From the NCBI GenBank assembly GCA_002269645.1, contig NIVC01001458.1, positions 186,001-250,000 on the forward strand: 64,000 nucleotides of DNA, read 5' to 3'. Source of the DNA: Macrostomum lignano. Taxonomy: Eukaryota. Positions 46,372 through 59,602 of this stretch are shown in pieces; within the stretch, counting starts at the first letter, position 1, and the number at the start of each line of letters is the position of its first letter. The position numbers were made by a program, and so were the translations under genes. A model generated the notes under the pieces. That model ran no database searches. It was not told the origin of the DNA and was given only the letters and a program-made list of their open reading frames with translations.

Positions 46372-48712
46372 AGCTGATCCTTCAGTGCCCACTGCTACTG
46401 CCTCTCTCCGATCCTTCAGTGCCCGCTGCTGCTGCCTCTCTTCGATCCTTCAGTGCCCGCTGCTGCCTCTCTTCGATCCTTCAGTGCCCGCTGCTGCTGC
46501 CTCTCTTCGATCCTTCAGTGCCCGCTGCTGCCTCTCTCCGATCCTTCAGTGCCCGCTGCTGCCTCTCTCCGATCCTTCAGTGCCCGCTGCTGCCTCTCTC
46601 CGATCCTTCAGTGCCCACTGCTACTGCCTCTCTCCGATCCTTCAGTGCCCGCTGCTGCCTCTCTCCGATCCTTCAGTGCCCGCTGCTGCCTCTCTTCGAT
46701 CCTTCAGTGCCCGCTGCTGCCTCTCTTCGATCCTTCAGTGCCCGCTGCTGCTGCCTCTCTCCGATCCTGCAGTGCCCGCTGCTGCCTCTCTCCGATCCTT
46801 CAGTGCCCACTGCTACTGCCTCTCTTCGATCCTTCAGTGCCCGCTGCTGCTGCCTCTCTCCGATCCTGCAGTGCCCGCTGCTGCCTCTCTCCGATCCTTC
46901 AGTGCCCGCTGCTGCTGCCTCTCTCCGATCCTTCAGTGCCGCTGCTGCCTCTCTTCGATCCTTCAGTGCCCGCTGCTGCTGCCTCTCTCCGATCCTGCAG
47001 TGCCCGCTGCTGCCTCTCTCCGATCCTTCAGTGCCCACTGCTACTGCCTCTCTTCGATCCTTCAGTGCCCGCTGCTGCTGCCTCTCTTCGATCCTTCAGT
47101 GCCCGCTGCTGCCTCTCTCCGATCCTTCAGTGCCCGCTGCTGCCTCTCTCCGATCCTTCAGTGCCCGCTGCTGCCTCTCTCCGATCCTTCAGTGCCCACT
47201 GCTACTGCCTCTCTCCGATCCTTCAGTGCCCGCTGCTGCCTCTCTCCGATCCTTCAGTGCCCGCTGCTGCCTCTCTTCGATCCTTCAGTGCCCGCTGCTG
47301 CCTCTCTTCGATCCTTCAGTGCCCGCTGCTGCTGCCTCTCTCCGATCCTGCAGTGCCCGCTGCTGCCTCTCTCCGATCCTTCAGTGCCCGCTGCTGCTGC
47401 CTCTCTCCGATCCTTCAGTGCCCGCTGCTGCCTCTCTTCGATCCTTCAGTGCCCGCTGCTGCTGCCTCTCTCCGATCCTGCAGTGCCCGCTGCTGCCTCT
47501 CTCCGATCCTTCAGTGCCCACTGCTATCCTGCAGTGCCCGCTGCTGCTTCTCTTCGATCCTTCAGTGCCCGCTGCTGCTGCTCTCTCGATCCTTCAGTGC
47601 CCGCTGCTGCCTCTCTCCGATCCTTCAGTGCCCGCTGCTGCCTCTCTCGATCCTTCAGTGCCCGCTGCTGCCTCTCTCCGATCCTTCAGTGCCCGCTGCT
47701 GCTGCCTCTCTCCGATCCTTCAGTGCCCGCTGCTGCCTCTCTTCGATCCTTCAGTGCCCGCTGCTGCCTCTCTTCGATCCTTCAGTGCCCGCTGCTGCTG
47801 CCTCTCGATCCTTCAGTGCCCGCTGCTGCTGCCTCTCTCCGATCCTTCAGTGCCCGCTGCTGCTGCCTCCGATCCTTCAGTGCCCGCTGCTGCTGCCCTC
47901 TCGATCCTTCAGTGCCCGCTGCTGCTGCTCTCCTCGATCCTTCAGTGCCCGCTGCTGCCTCCTCCGATCCTTCAGTGCCCGCTGCTGCTGCTCTCGATCC
48001 TTCAGTGCCCGCTGCTGCCTCTCTCGATCCTTCAGTGCCCGCTGCTGCTGCCTCTCTCCGATCCTTCAGTGCCCGCTGCTGCCTCTCTCCGATCCTTCAG
48101 TGCCCACTGCTACTGCCTCTCTTCGATCCTTCAGTGCCCACTGCTGCTGCCTCTCTTCGATCCTTCAGTGCCCGCTGCTGCTGCCTCCGATCCTTCAGTG
48201 CCCGCTGCTGCCTCTCTCGATCCTTCAGTGCCCACTGCTGCCTCCTCTCGATCCTTCAGTGCCCGCTGCTGCCTCTCTCCGATCCTCAGTGCCCGCTGCT
48301 GCCTCTCTCCGATCCTCAGTGCCCGCTGCTGCCTCTCTCCGATCCTCAGTGCCCACTGCTACTGCCTCTCTCGATCCTTCAGTGCCCACTGCTGCTGCCT
48401 CTCTCCGATCCTCAGTGCCCGCTGCTGCCTCTCTCCGATCCTCAGTGCCCGCTGCTGCCTCTCTCCGATCCTTCAGTGCCCGCTGCTGCCTCTCTCCGAT
48501 CCTTCAGTGCCCGCTCTGCCTCTCTCCGATCCTCAGTGCCCGCTGCTGCCTCTCTCCGATCCTTCAGTGCCCGCTGCTGCCTCTCTCGATCCTTCAGTGC
48601 CCACTGCTGCCTCTCTCCGATCCTTCAGTGCCCGCTGCCTGCCCTGCTGCCTCCTCCGATCCTTCAGTGCCCACTGCTGCCTCTCTCCGATCCTTCAGTG
48701 CCCGCCACCACT
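46372..48712. repeat. ~28-34-bp minisatellite (tccgatccttcagtgcccgctgctgcctctc)
   Basis: Direct reading; the three 770-810-aa ORFs are repeat translations. Confidence 0.96.
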
Positions 48713-49194
48713 ACCTTGTTAAGATGAGAAACACACTGAAACCTAAAAAACAGCCACACAGAAAGACAAAAAATGAAACTGACAATGAAAAAACGATTCC
48801 ACAAAAACGATATACGCCAATCACTTTGTACGGCGCCCTTATTGAGGCAGACAGACAGGCAAAACTCTCTCCAGAGTCAGCCTAACGATATGAAAAAAAT
48901 TGTGGAAAAACAGACATCAGCAGCAGTAGGACGCGGGAGCACTGAAATAAAACAAATTGATTGGACAAAGCTGCATTTTTTCTCGTCCTAGGGAGGCAAA
49001 GGGCCGGCCTTGATACTAGCTGATATGGCTGAGTTCAAGTGGCAACTCAGTTTTGCAGACGAAGCCTTGCGCGATGCGATGAAGTGCCGCAGTGTAAGAA
49101 GTGTCAATCATTGACTGGATTGAAAAGTTTTATTAACACATATTTTTGTTTATATAAATATGAAAAAAATTCATACTGGCAGTGGGATACAAAG

Positions 49195-49711
49195 GATCTG
49201 AGAGGTTTGAGAGTCTGAAAGTCTCAGTGTTGCAGTGTCTTACGAGTCTGAGAGTCTTAGAGTCCGAGAGGTCTGGGTCTGAGAGTCTTAGAGAGTCTGA
49301 GAGTCTTAGAGTCCGAGAGTCTGGTCTGAGAGGTCTGGGTCTGAGAGTCTTAGAGAGTCTGAAAGTCTTAGAGAGTCTGAGAACCTTAGAGAGTCTGAGA
49401 GACTTAGAGAGTCTGAGAACCTTACAGAGTCTGAGAACCTTACAGAGTCTGAGAACCTTACAGAGTCTGAGAACCTTACAGAGTCTGAGAACCTTACAGA
49501 GTCTGAGAACCTTACAGAGTCTGAGTCTTAGAGAGTCTGAGAGTCTTAGAGAGTCTGAGAGTCTTAGAGAGTCTGAGAGTCTTAGAGAGTCTGAGAGTCT
49601 TAGAGAGTCTGAGAACCTTAGAGAGTCTGAGAACCTTAGAGAGTCTGAGAACCTTAGAGAGTCTGAGAACCTTAGAGAGTCTTAGAGACTTAGAGTCTGA
49701 GAGTCTGAGAG
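49195..49711. repeat. 18-bp minisatellite (gagagtcttagagagtct / gagaaccttacagagtct); duplicated at 55213-55601
   Basis: Direct reading. Confidence 0.93.
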
Positions 49712-49717
49712 ATTTAC

Positions 49718-50216
49718 CTTCGAGTGAAGAGGATCTTAAACAGATTGTCCTCAAAGTAGATGACGTCCTCCCGCTGGCGCAGGTCGGGCTGCACCCGCAG
49801 GAGCAGTGCTTCTGACAGTCTACGGTGAAGTTTAATCGACGATTTGCAGACGTGTCAGCGACGACATCTGAGGAGGCAGTCGGTTGCTGCTGCTGCTGCT
49901 GCTGCTGCTGATGCACAGGCCGAATGCCGATATCCGAGCAATCGTCGCCATAGATGACATTCTCCTGATGGGACGGCATCTCCTTGAAGCGCAGCAGATA
50001 GTGCGTCACATTGCCGTTGGGTTTCAATGGCGGCTTCCAGGTCAGTCGCATCTCCGAGGGGCTGCGAAATTCGACTTTGAAATCGTGCGGAGGAGACGGC
50101 TGCGTTGGCATCGTGTCCACGTAGATGATGCGGCTCTTGCTGCCGTAGGCCTGCTGCTGCTCCACCACCAGCTGCGGCATCACGAACATGGCGTATCTGC
50201 TGGCCGGCTTCAGCAA
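49718..50216 (-). pseudogene. InR: Frameshifted duplicate of the InR FnIII-1/FnIII-2/alphaCT exon (499 nt versus 500 nt)
   Basis: CCC at 49794-49796 versus CCCC at 55684-55687; splice sites intact. Confidence 0.75.
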
Positions 50217-50231
50217 CTGCGGTGGCGCGGG

Positions 50232-51270
50232 TTGGGGTGGGTTGCAACTCAATTAGGGGGGATGGGCTGCAACTCAATTAGGGGGGTGGGTTGCAAGTCA
50301 ATTAGGGGGATGGGCTGCAACTCAATTAGGGGGGTGGGTTGCAAGTCAATTAGGGGGATGGGTTGCAACTCAATTAGGGGGTGGGTTGCAACTCTAATAA
50401 GGGGATGGGTTGCAACTCAATTAGGGAGATGGGTTGCAACTCAATTAGGGAGATGGGTTGCAACTCAATTAGGGGATGGGCTGCAACTCAATTAGGGGGT
50501 GGGTTGCAAGTCAATTAGGGGGGATGGGTTGCAACTCAATTAGGGGATGGGTTGCAAGTCAATTAGGGGGATGGGTTGCAACTCAATTAGGGGGTGGGTT
50601 GCAACTCAATAAGGGGATGGGTTGCAACTCAATTAGGGAGATGGGTTGCAACTCAATTAGGGAGATGGGTTGCAACTCAATAAGGGGATGGGTTGCAACT
50701 CAATTAGGGGGATGGGTTGCAACTCAATAAGGGGATGGGTTGCAACTCAATTAGGGAGATGGGTTGCAACTCAATTAGGGAGATGGGTTGCAACTCAATT
50801 AGGGGGATGGGTTACAACTCAATTAGGGAGATGGGTTGCAAATCAATTAGGGGGGATGGGTTGCAACTCAATTAGGGATGGGTTGCAACTCAATTAGGGG
50901 GTGGGTTGCAACTCAATTAGGGGGGATGGGTTGCAACTCAATTAGGGGGATGGGTTGCAACTCAATTAGGGGGTGGGTTGCAACTCAATTAGGGGGATGA
51001 GTTGCAACTCAATTAGGGGGATGGGTTGCAACTCAATTAGGGGGGTGGGTTGCAACTCAATTAGGGGGGTGGGTTGCAACTCAATTAGGGGGGTGGGTTG
51101 CAACTCAATTAGGGGGGATGGGTTGCAACTCAATTAGGGGGATGGGTTGCAACTCAATTAGGGGGGATGGGTTGCAATTTAATTAGGGGGATGGGTTGCA
51201 ACTCAATTAGGGGGATGGGTTGCAAGTCAATTAGGGGATGAGTTGCAACTCAATTAGGGGGCTGGTTTGC
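50232..51270. repeat. 23-25-bp minisatellite (gggttgcaactcaattaggggga[t]); duplicated at 56123-57165
   Basis: Direct reading. Confidence 0.95.
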
Positions 51271-52477
51271 AATAAAAATCATACACTATCAGCAATGATA
51301 GTAACACGTAATTCTAAGTGACTGTAATGAAAACTGTTTTGCTTAAAAAAGCTCCGCAGTATTATCTTATCGATGAGTATCATATACACGCAGTAGTTGT
51401 GCAGGAAGTTGGCGAGTTTCTCTTGGCAAGCAAACAGAGGAAGCATGCCCAAAAACACGGATCTTAAGTCCCAGGTAGTTCATTTTTCTGTTCTTCTTAA
51501 TCCTAAATAGCAGCTGGAGCGCTAGCTAGACAATAATTAATATCCGGTGAAGTAAACAAGAAAGCGAATTATAGAAAAACACGCACTACTTATGCTGCTA
51601 TGCTCGTAGTACTCAATATAATAGATGATTACAAGCGGAAGCCATAACCGTGACTGATGTAGCAGAGGCTGGTGTGTATGAATAAAGTACAAAGAGTGGG
51701 CCGAAAACAAGTCGGCACACTGCTCTTCTCTCATCAGTTTGTATGCGCCTACTTATTATAAGGTTATCCGAATAATAATATTAACTGGTTAAAAATAGAA
51801 ACTTCCTATCTCGACCTAAGCTACAGAGAGACAGAGAGAGATAGGGAGTCACGTGATAAACCAGTCTCAAAATACGACAGCAAAGATTAGGTAGGAGGCA
51901 AATAAACGTGACGCAGTTTCAAAGCTCGGGCAATTGAGGATTCAAACAAGCAGGGCTAACCGACTCCTCTGAGCTGGCAAGCACGCAAGTCAAGTCATCA
52001 GTGTTCAATACTCGAATTTCAATCATTGCCATTCTGCTGCGAAATTATTATATGTTTCTGTTGGCAACGCTTCTTGCACGTTGGACGATGTGAATGGAAT
52101 GAGAACCTTGTTTTGCAACTGATGATAGAAAAGCCTCCTGTGTCTTTTTGTTCACCCCCCGCAGTGGTGTCAAAAATCGAAATTGAAGCATCAATAGGCA
52201 GCATAAACGTGTAGTTTGGTAGGGGTAAAAATATCAGTGTAAGTTGCTTGCATTATAACTCCAACTACATACACACAACTGTCTTTGGCCAGCCAAGCTG
52301 TCAGAGCCTGATAAAATAGCTACCAACCACTTCCAGGACGATGTCAGGACTGGTGCGAATCTTTACATAGACACACCGAATTCAAAAGTTTTACCATAGA
52401 CAGGTAATGTCTCGTATATCCATCTTACTCATCATGAGTAGTGTAAAGAGCTGAGATAAATATATCATGTGCTCGCC

Positions 52478-53468
52478 CATCATGCTGTTTTCTATAGTCA
52501 GTCATGCTGTTTTCTGTGCTGTCATGCTGTTTTCTATACTGTCATGCTGTTTTCTGTGCTGCCATGCTGTTTTCTATACTGTCATGCTGTTTTCTGTACT
52601 TTTATGTTGTTTTCTGTGCTGTCATGCTGTTTTCTATACTGTCATGCTGTTTTCTGTGCTGTCATGCTGTTTTCTATACTGTCATGCTGTTTTCCGTGCT
52701 GTCATGCTGTTTTCTATACTGTCATGCTGTTTTCGTGCTGTCATGCTGTTTTCTACTGTCATGCTGTTTTCTATACTGTCATGCTATTTTCTGTGCTGTC
52801 ATGCTGTTTTCTATATTGTCATGCTGTTTTCTATACTGTATGCTATTTTCTGTGCTGTCATGCTGTTTTCTATACTGTCATGCTGTTTTCGTGCTGTCAT
52901 GCTGTTTTCTATACTGTCATGCTGTTTTCTGTGCTGTCATGCTGTTTTCTATACTGTCATGCTGTTTTCTGTGCTGTCATGCTGTTTTCTATACTGTCAT
53001 GCTGTTTTCCGTGCTGTCATGCTGTTTTCTTACTGTCATGCTGTTTTCTATACTGTCATGCTTTTCTTCTGTCATGCTGTTTTCTGTGCTGTCATGCTGT
53101 TTTCTATACTGTCATGCTGTTTTCTGTGCTGTCATGCTGTTTTCTATACTGTCATGCTGTTTTCTGTGCTGTCATGCTGTTTTCTATACTGTCATGCTGT
53201 TTTCGTGCTGTCATGCTGTTTTCTATACTGTCATGCTGTTTTCCGTGCTGTCATGCGTTTTCTATACTGTCATGCTGTTTTTCGTGCTGTCATGCTGTTT
53301 TCTATACTGTCATGCTGTTTTCTGTGCTGTCATGCTGTTTTCTATACTGTCATGCTGTTTTCTGTGCTGTCATGCTGTTTTCTATACTGTCATGCTGTTT
53401 TCGTGCTGTCATGCTGTTTTCTATTACTGCCATTCTGTTTTCTGTGCTGTCATGCCTGTTTTCTATAT
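52478..53468. repeat. 20-bp minisatellite (ctgtcatgctgttttct[ata/gtg]) in alternating 40-bp dimers; duplicated at 58380-59380
   Basis: Direct reading. Confidence 0.95.
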
Positions 53469-53691
53469 AAATAGAGATTTAGATAGAGCCACTAAAGAAA
53501 GCGAGAAACTTTGATGCTTAAGTAATGGTGAAGTATCGTGACGCTTACTCGTAACTCGCTTACTAAAGTACTCGTAACTCGTAACAACTAATGATAGAGG
53601 AACAGTGACGCTATTGAGATGCGAACTGTGACCCTAACTAACGGTTTTGCAGCAATGCAGAAGCAGCAACATCATCAGTGTTGGCACTCAC

Positions 53692-54330
53692 AACAACCAT
53701 AAATTGCACTGTTTCGGTGGCAGCTTCTTCTTGCAGTCGCCAACGCACTGGGAACAATTATTGAGATGGCAGGACACGCGCAGTAGGTCATCGTCACCTT
53801 CAACTGTGCCATCGTGTTTTACTGGAATGCCGGAATATTCCACTAGTTGATTAGGCGAGCTATTGTCCGGCACGAACAGATTAGTGCAAGCTGAAACATT
53901 GTTTGCCATTGGCGAATCTCGCAGGTTGACGGGTCGGCGTATTGCACAGTCTCACCCTGGCGCACCTGTCGGTAATAGATTGAATATCCTAGCAGGGCTC
54001 GCTTGTCCTTCACCTGGAGCATCGGCCAATGCAGCATGACGCTTCGGGACGTTACTAAACCGACCAATATGTCGAATGTTCGATTGATGCAAGACGCCAA
54101 ATCGCCGTTAGTTCTTGGCGATAGATCTTCCGCAAAGTTGATGAAATCGGTTACATTGAGAGTGTGTTTAACGAATTCAGTTATTTTATGATTGCATAGC
54201 CGCCTGTTCATGTAGAATCGCACTTTGCCTTTGGCTACTAACAGACGCCGGCGTTGGTGGCGTTCCATAGCGATTGTAGAAAGTTCGTTGTGCTCGATGG
54301 CTAGAAGAGGCCGGCTGGCTAGCTTGGTTG
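53692..54330 (-). pseudogene. InR: Frameshifted duplicate of the InR L2/FnIII-1 exon (639 nt versus 640 nt; five 1-bp indels)
   Basis: Versus copy 2: aaattgcact/aaattggcact, gctgaaac/gctgtaaac, ccggcgtt/ccggccgtt, aagttcg/aagtcg, tagaagagg/tagagagg. Confidence 0.75.
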
Positions 54331-54444
54331 CTGAGGAATATTAATTATAATTCGGTGATGATAATGCCTTGCATTTTAGTCTGCGTTAATTATAAAACCA
54401 ATAGAAAACTCTAAACTAATTGATCATTTTGCATAGCACTCACA

Positions 54445-55093
54445 TTGGTCACAACTGGCACAATGGATGGTCACATGACTGGCACTTGGCACATGATATG
54501 GATCACATGACTTGGCACAATGGATGGTCACATGACTGGCACAATGGATGGTCACATGACTGGCCACAATGGATGGTCACATGACTGGCACAATGGATGG
54601 TCACATTGACTGGCACAATGGATGGTCACATTGACTGGCACAATGGATGGTCACAATGACTGGCACAATGGATGGTCACATGACTGGCACAATGATGGTC
54701 ACATGACTGGCACAATGGATGGTCACATGACTGCGCACAATGGATGGTCACATGACTGGCACAATGTATGGTCACATGACAGCACAATAGACGCGTCACA
54801 TGACTGGCACAATGGATGGTCACATGACTGGCACAATGGATGGTCACATGACTGGCACAATGGATGGTCACATGACTGGCACAATGTATGGTCACATGAC
54901 AGACACAATAGACGGTCACATGACTGGCACAATGGATGGTCACATGACTGGCACAATGTATGGTCACATGACAGACACAATAGACGGTCACATGACTGGC
55001 ACAATGGATGGTCACATGACAGGCACAAAGACGTCACATGACGGCACATGGAATGACACAGACACAATAGACGGTCACATGACTGGCACAATA
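54445..55093. repeat. 24-bp minisatellite (ggtcacatgactggcacaatggat), indel-rich copy; clean copy at 60350-61280
   Basis: Direct reading. Confidence 0.94.
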
Positions 55094-55212
55094 NNNNNNN
55101 NNNNNNNNNNNNNNNNNNNNNNNNNNNNNNNNNNNNNNNNNNNNNNNNNNNNNNNNNNNNNNNNNNNNNNNNNNNNNNNNNNNNNNNNNNNNNNNNNNNN
55201 NNNNNNNNNNNN
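55094..55212. other. Assembly gap (119 N)
   Basis: Run of n. Confidence 0.99.
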
Positions 55213-55607
55213 TAGAGTCCGAGAGTCTGGTCTGAGAGGTCTGGGTCTGAGAGTCTTAGAGAGTCTGAAAGTCTTAGAGAGTCTGAGAACCTTAGAGAGT
55301 CTGAGAGACTTAGAGAGTCTGAGAACCTTACAGAGTCTGAGAACCTTACAGAGTCTGAGAACCTTACAGAGTCTGAGAACCTTACAGAGTCTGAGAACCT
55401 TACAGAGTCTGAGAACCTTACAGAGTCTGAGAGTCTTAGAGAGTCTGAGAGTCTTAGAGAGTCTGAGAGTCTTAGAGAGTCTGAGAGTCTTAGAGAGTCT
55501 GAGAACCTTAGAGAGTCTGAGAACCTTAGAGAGTCTGAGAACCTTAGAGAGTCTGAGAACCTTAGAGAGTCTTAGAGACTTAGAGTCTGAGAGTCTGAGA
55601 GATTTAC

Positions 55608-56107
55608 CTTCGAGTGAAGAGGATCTTAAACAGATTGTCCTCAAAGTAGATGACGTCCTCCCGCTGGCGCAGGTCGGGCTGCACCCCGCAGGAGCAGTGC
55701 TTCTGACAGTCTACGGTGAAGTTTAATCGACGATTTGCAGACGTGTCAGCGACGACATCTGAGGAGGCAGTCGGTTGCTGCTGCTGCTGCTGCTGCTGCT
55801 GATGCACAGGCCGAATGCCGATATCCGAGCAATCGTCGCCATAGATGACATTCTCCTGATGGGACGGCATCTCCTTGAAGCGCAGCAGATAGTGCGTCAC
55901 ATTGCCGTTGGGTTTCAATGGCGGCTTCCAGGTCAGTCGCATCTCCGAGGGGCTGCGAAATTCGACTTTGAAATCGTGCGGAGGAGACGGCTGCGTTGGC
56001 ATCGTGTCCACGTAGATGATGCGGCTCTTGCTGCCGTAGGCCTGCTGCTGCTCCACCACCAGCTGCGGCATCACGAACATGGCGTATCTGCTGGCCGGCT
56101 TCAGCAA
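55608..56107 (-). CDS. InR: InR exon (intact copy): end of FnIII-1, FnIII-2 start, polyQ, alphaCT-like FEDNLFKILF
   Basis: LLKPASRYAMFV...SRIIYVDT...PSPPHDF...LTWKPPLKPNGNVTHYLL; phase 0 acceptor at 56108, phase 2 donor GTAAAT at 55607; 500 nt. Confidence 0.88.
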
Positions 56108-59100
56108 CTGCGGTGGCGCGGGTTGGGTGGGTTGCAACTCAATTAGGGGGGATGGGCTGCAACTCAATTAGGGGGTGGGTTGCAAGTCAATTAGGGGGAT
56201 GGGCTGCAACTCAATTAGGGGGGTGGGTTGCAAGTCAATTAGGGGGGATGGGTTGCAACTCAATTAGGGGGTGGGTTGCAACTCTAATAAGGGGATGGGT
56301 TGCAACTCAATTAGGGAGATGGGTTGCAACTCAATTAGGGAGATGGGTTGCAACTCAATTAGGGGGATGGGCTGCAACTCAATTAGGGGGGTGGGTTGCA
56401 AGTCAATTAGGGGGGATGGGTTGCAACTCAATTAGGGGGATGGGTTGCAAGTCAATTAGGGGGATGGGTTGCAACTCAATTAGGGGGTGGGTTGCAACTC
56501 AATAAGGGGATGGGTTGCAACTCAATTAGGGAGATGGGTTGCAACTCAATTAGGGAGATGGGTTGCAACTCAATAAGGGGATGGGTTGCAACTCAATTAG
56601 GGGGATGGGTTGCAACTCAATAAGGGGATGGGTTGCAACTCAATTAGGGAGATGGGTTGCAACTCAATTAGGGAGATGGGTTGCAACTCAATTAGGGGGA
56701 TGGGTTACAACTCAATTAGGGAGATGGGTTGCAAATCAATTAGGGGGGATGGGTTGCAACTCAATTAGGGGATGGGTTGCAACTCAATTAGGGGGGTGGG
56801 TTGCAACTCAATTAGGGGGGATGGGTTGCAACTCAATTAGGGGGATGGGTTGCAACTCAATTAGGGGGGTGGGTTGCAACTCAATTAGGGGGGATGAGTT
56901 GCAACTCAATTAGGGGGATGGGTTGCAACTCAATTAGGGGGGTGGGTTGCAACTCAATTAGGGGGGTGGGTTGCAACTCAATTAGGGGGGTGGGTTGCAA
57001 CTCAATTAGGGGGGATGGGTTGCAACTCAATTAGGGGGATGGGTTGCAACTCAATTAGGGGGATGGGTTGCAATTTAATTAGGGGGATGGGTTGCAACTC
57101 AATTAGGGGGATGGGTTGCAAGTCAATTAGGGGGATGAGTTGCAACTCAATTAGGGGGCTGGTTTGCAATAAAAATCATACACTATCAGCAATGATAGTA
57201 ACACGTAATTCTAAGTGACTGTAATGAAAACTGTTTTGCTTAAAAAAGCTCCGCAGTATTATCTTATCGATGAGTATCATATACACGCAGTAGTTGTGCA
57301 GGAAGTTGGCGAGTTTCTCTTGGCAAGCAAACAGAGGAAGCATGCCCAAAAACACGGATCTTAAGTCCCAGGTAGTTCATTTTTCTGTTCTTCTTAATCC
57401 TAAATAGCAGCTGGAGCCGCTAGCTAGACAATAATTAATATCCGGTGAAGTAAACAAGAAAGCGAATTATAGAAAAACACGCACTACTTATGCTGCTATG
57501 CTCGTAGTACTCAATATAATAGATGATTACAAGCGGAAGCCATAACCGTGACTGATGTAGCAGAGGCTGGTGTGTATGAATAAAGTACAAAGAGTGGGCC
57601 GAAAACAAGTCGGCACACTGCTCTTCTCTCATCAGTTTGTATGCGCCTACTTATTATAAGGTTATCCGAATAATAATATTAACTGGTTAAAAATAGAAAC
57701 TTCCTATCTCGACCTAAGCTACAGAGAGACAGAGAGAGATAGGGAGTCACGTGATAAACCAGTCTCAAAATACGACAGCAAAGATTAGGTAGGAGGCAAA
57801 TAAACGTGACGCAGTTTCAAAGCTCGGGCAATTGAGGATTCAAACAAGCAGGGCTAACCGACTCCTCTGAGCTGGCAAGCACGCAAGTCAAGTCATCAGT
57901 GTTCAATACTCGAATTTCAATCATTGCCATTCTGCTGCGAAATTATTATATGTTTCTGTTGGCAACGCTTCTTGCACGTTGGACGATGTGAATGGAATGA
58001 GAACCTTGTTTTGCAACTGATGATAGAAAAGCCTCCTGTGTCTTTTTGTTCACCCCCGCAGTGGTGTCAAAAATCGAAATTGAAGCATCAATAGGCAGCA
58101 TAAACGTGTACCGTAGTTTGGTAGGGGTAAAAATATCAGTGTAAGTTGCTTGCATTATAACTCCAACTACATACACACAACTGTCTTTGGCCAGCCAAGC
58201 TGTCAGAGCCTGATAAAATAGCTACCAACCACTTCCAGGACGATGTCAGGACTGGTGCGAATCTTTACATAGACACACCGAATTCAAAAGTTTTACCATA
58301 GACAGGTAATGTCTCGTATATCCATCTTACTCATCATGAGTAGTGTAAAGAGCTGAGATAAATATATCATGTGCTCGCCCATCATGCTGTTTTCTATAGT
58401 CAGTCATGCTGTTTTCTGTGCTGTCATGCTGTTTTCTATACTGTCATGCTGTTTTCTGTGCTGCCATGCTGTTTTCTATACTGTCATGCTGTTTTCTGTA
58501 CTTTTATGTTGTTTTCTGTGCTGTCATGCTGTTTTCTATACTGTCATGCTGTTTTCTGTGCTGTCATGCTGTTTTCTATACTGTCATGCTGTTTTCCGTG
58601 CTGTCATGCTGTTTTCTATACTGTCATGCTGTTTTCCGTGCTGTCATGCTGTTTTCTATACTGTCATGCTGTTTTCTATACTGTCATGCTATTTTCTGTG
58701 CTGTCATGCTGTTTTCTATATTGTCATGCTGTTTTCTATACTGTCATGCTATTTTCTGTGCTGTCATGCTGTTTTCTATACTGTCATGCTGTTTTTCGTG
58801 CTGTCATGCTGTTTTCTATACTGTCATGCTGTTTTCTGTGCTGTCATGCTGTTTTCTATACTGTCATGCTGTTTTCTGTGCTGTCATGCTGTTTTCTATA
58901 CTGTCATGCTGTTTTCCGTGCTGTCATGCTGTTTTCTATACTGTCATGCTGTTTTCTATACTGTCATGCTATTTTCTGTGCTGTCATGCTGTTTTCTGTG
59001 CTGTCATGCTGTTTTCTATACTGTCATGCTGTTTTCTGTGCTGTCATGCTGTTTTCTATACTGTCATGCTGTTTTCTGTGCTGTCATGCTGTTTTCTATA

Positions 59101-59602
59101 CTGTCATGCTGTTTTCGTGCTGTCATGCTGTTTTCTATACTGTCATGCTGTTTTCCGTGCTGTCATGCCGTTTTCTATACTGTCATGCTGTTTTTCGTGC
59201 TGTCATGCTGTTTTCTATACTGTCATGCTGTTTTCTGTGCTGTCATGCTGTTTTCTATACTGTCATGCTGTTTTCTGTGCTGTCATGCTGTTTTCTATAC
59301 TGTCATGCTGTTTTTCGTGCTGTCATGCTGTTTTCTATACTGCCATTCTGTTTTCTGTGCTGTCATGCTGTTTTCTATATAAATAGAGATTTAGATAGAG
59401 CCACTAAAGAAAGCGAGGAAACTTTGATGCTTAAGTAATGGTGAAGTATCGTGACGCTTACTCGTAACTCGCTTACTAAAGTACTCGTAACTCGTAACAA
59501 CTAATGATAGAGGAACAGTGACGCTATTGAGATGGAACTGTGACCCCTAACTAACGGTTTGCAGCAATGCAGAAGCAGCAACATCATCAGTGTGGCACTC
59601 AC

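Larger units (their letters stand above)
49307..55093. other. Copy 1 of a ~5.9-kb tandem duplication (copy 2 at 55213-~61260), separated by an N gap; probable assembly overlap
   Basis: Offset 5906 bp at the start; near-identical unique intron sequence; differences are mostly 1-bp indels. Confidence 0.9.
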
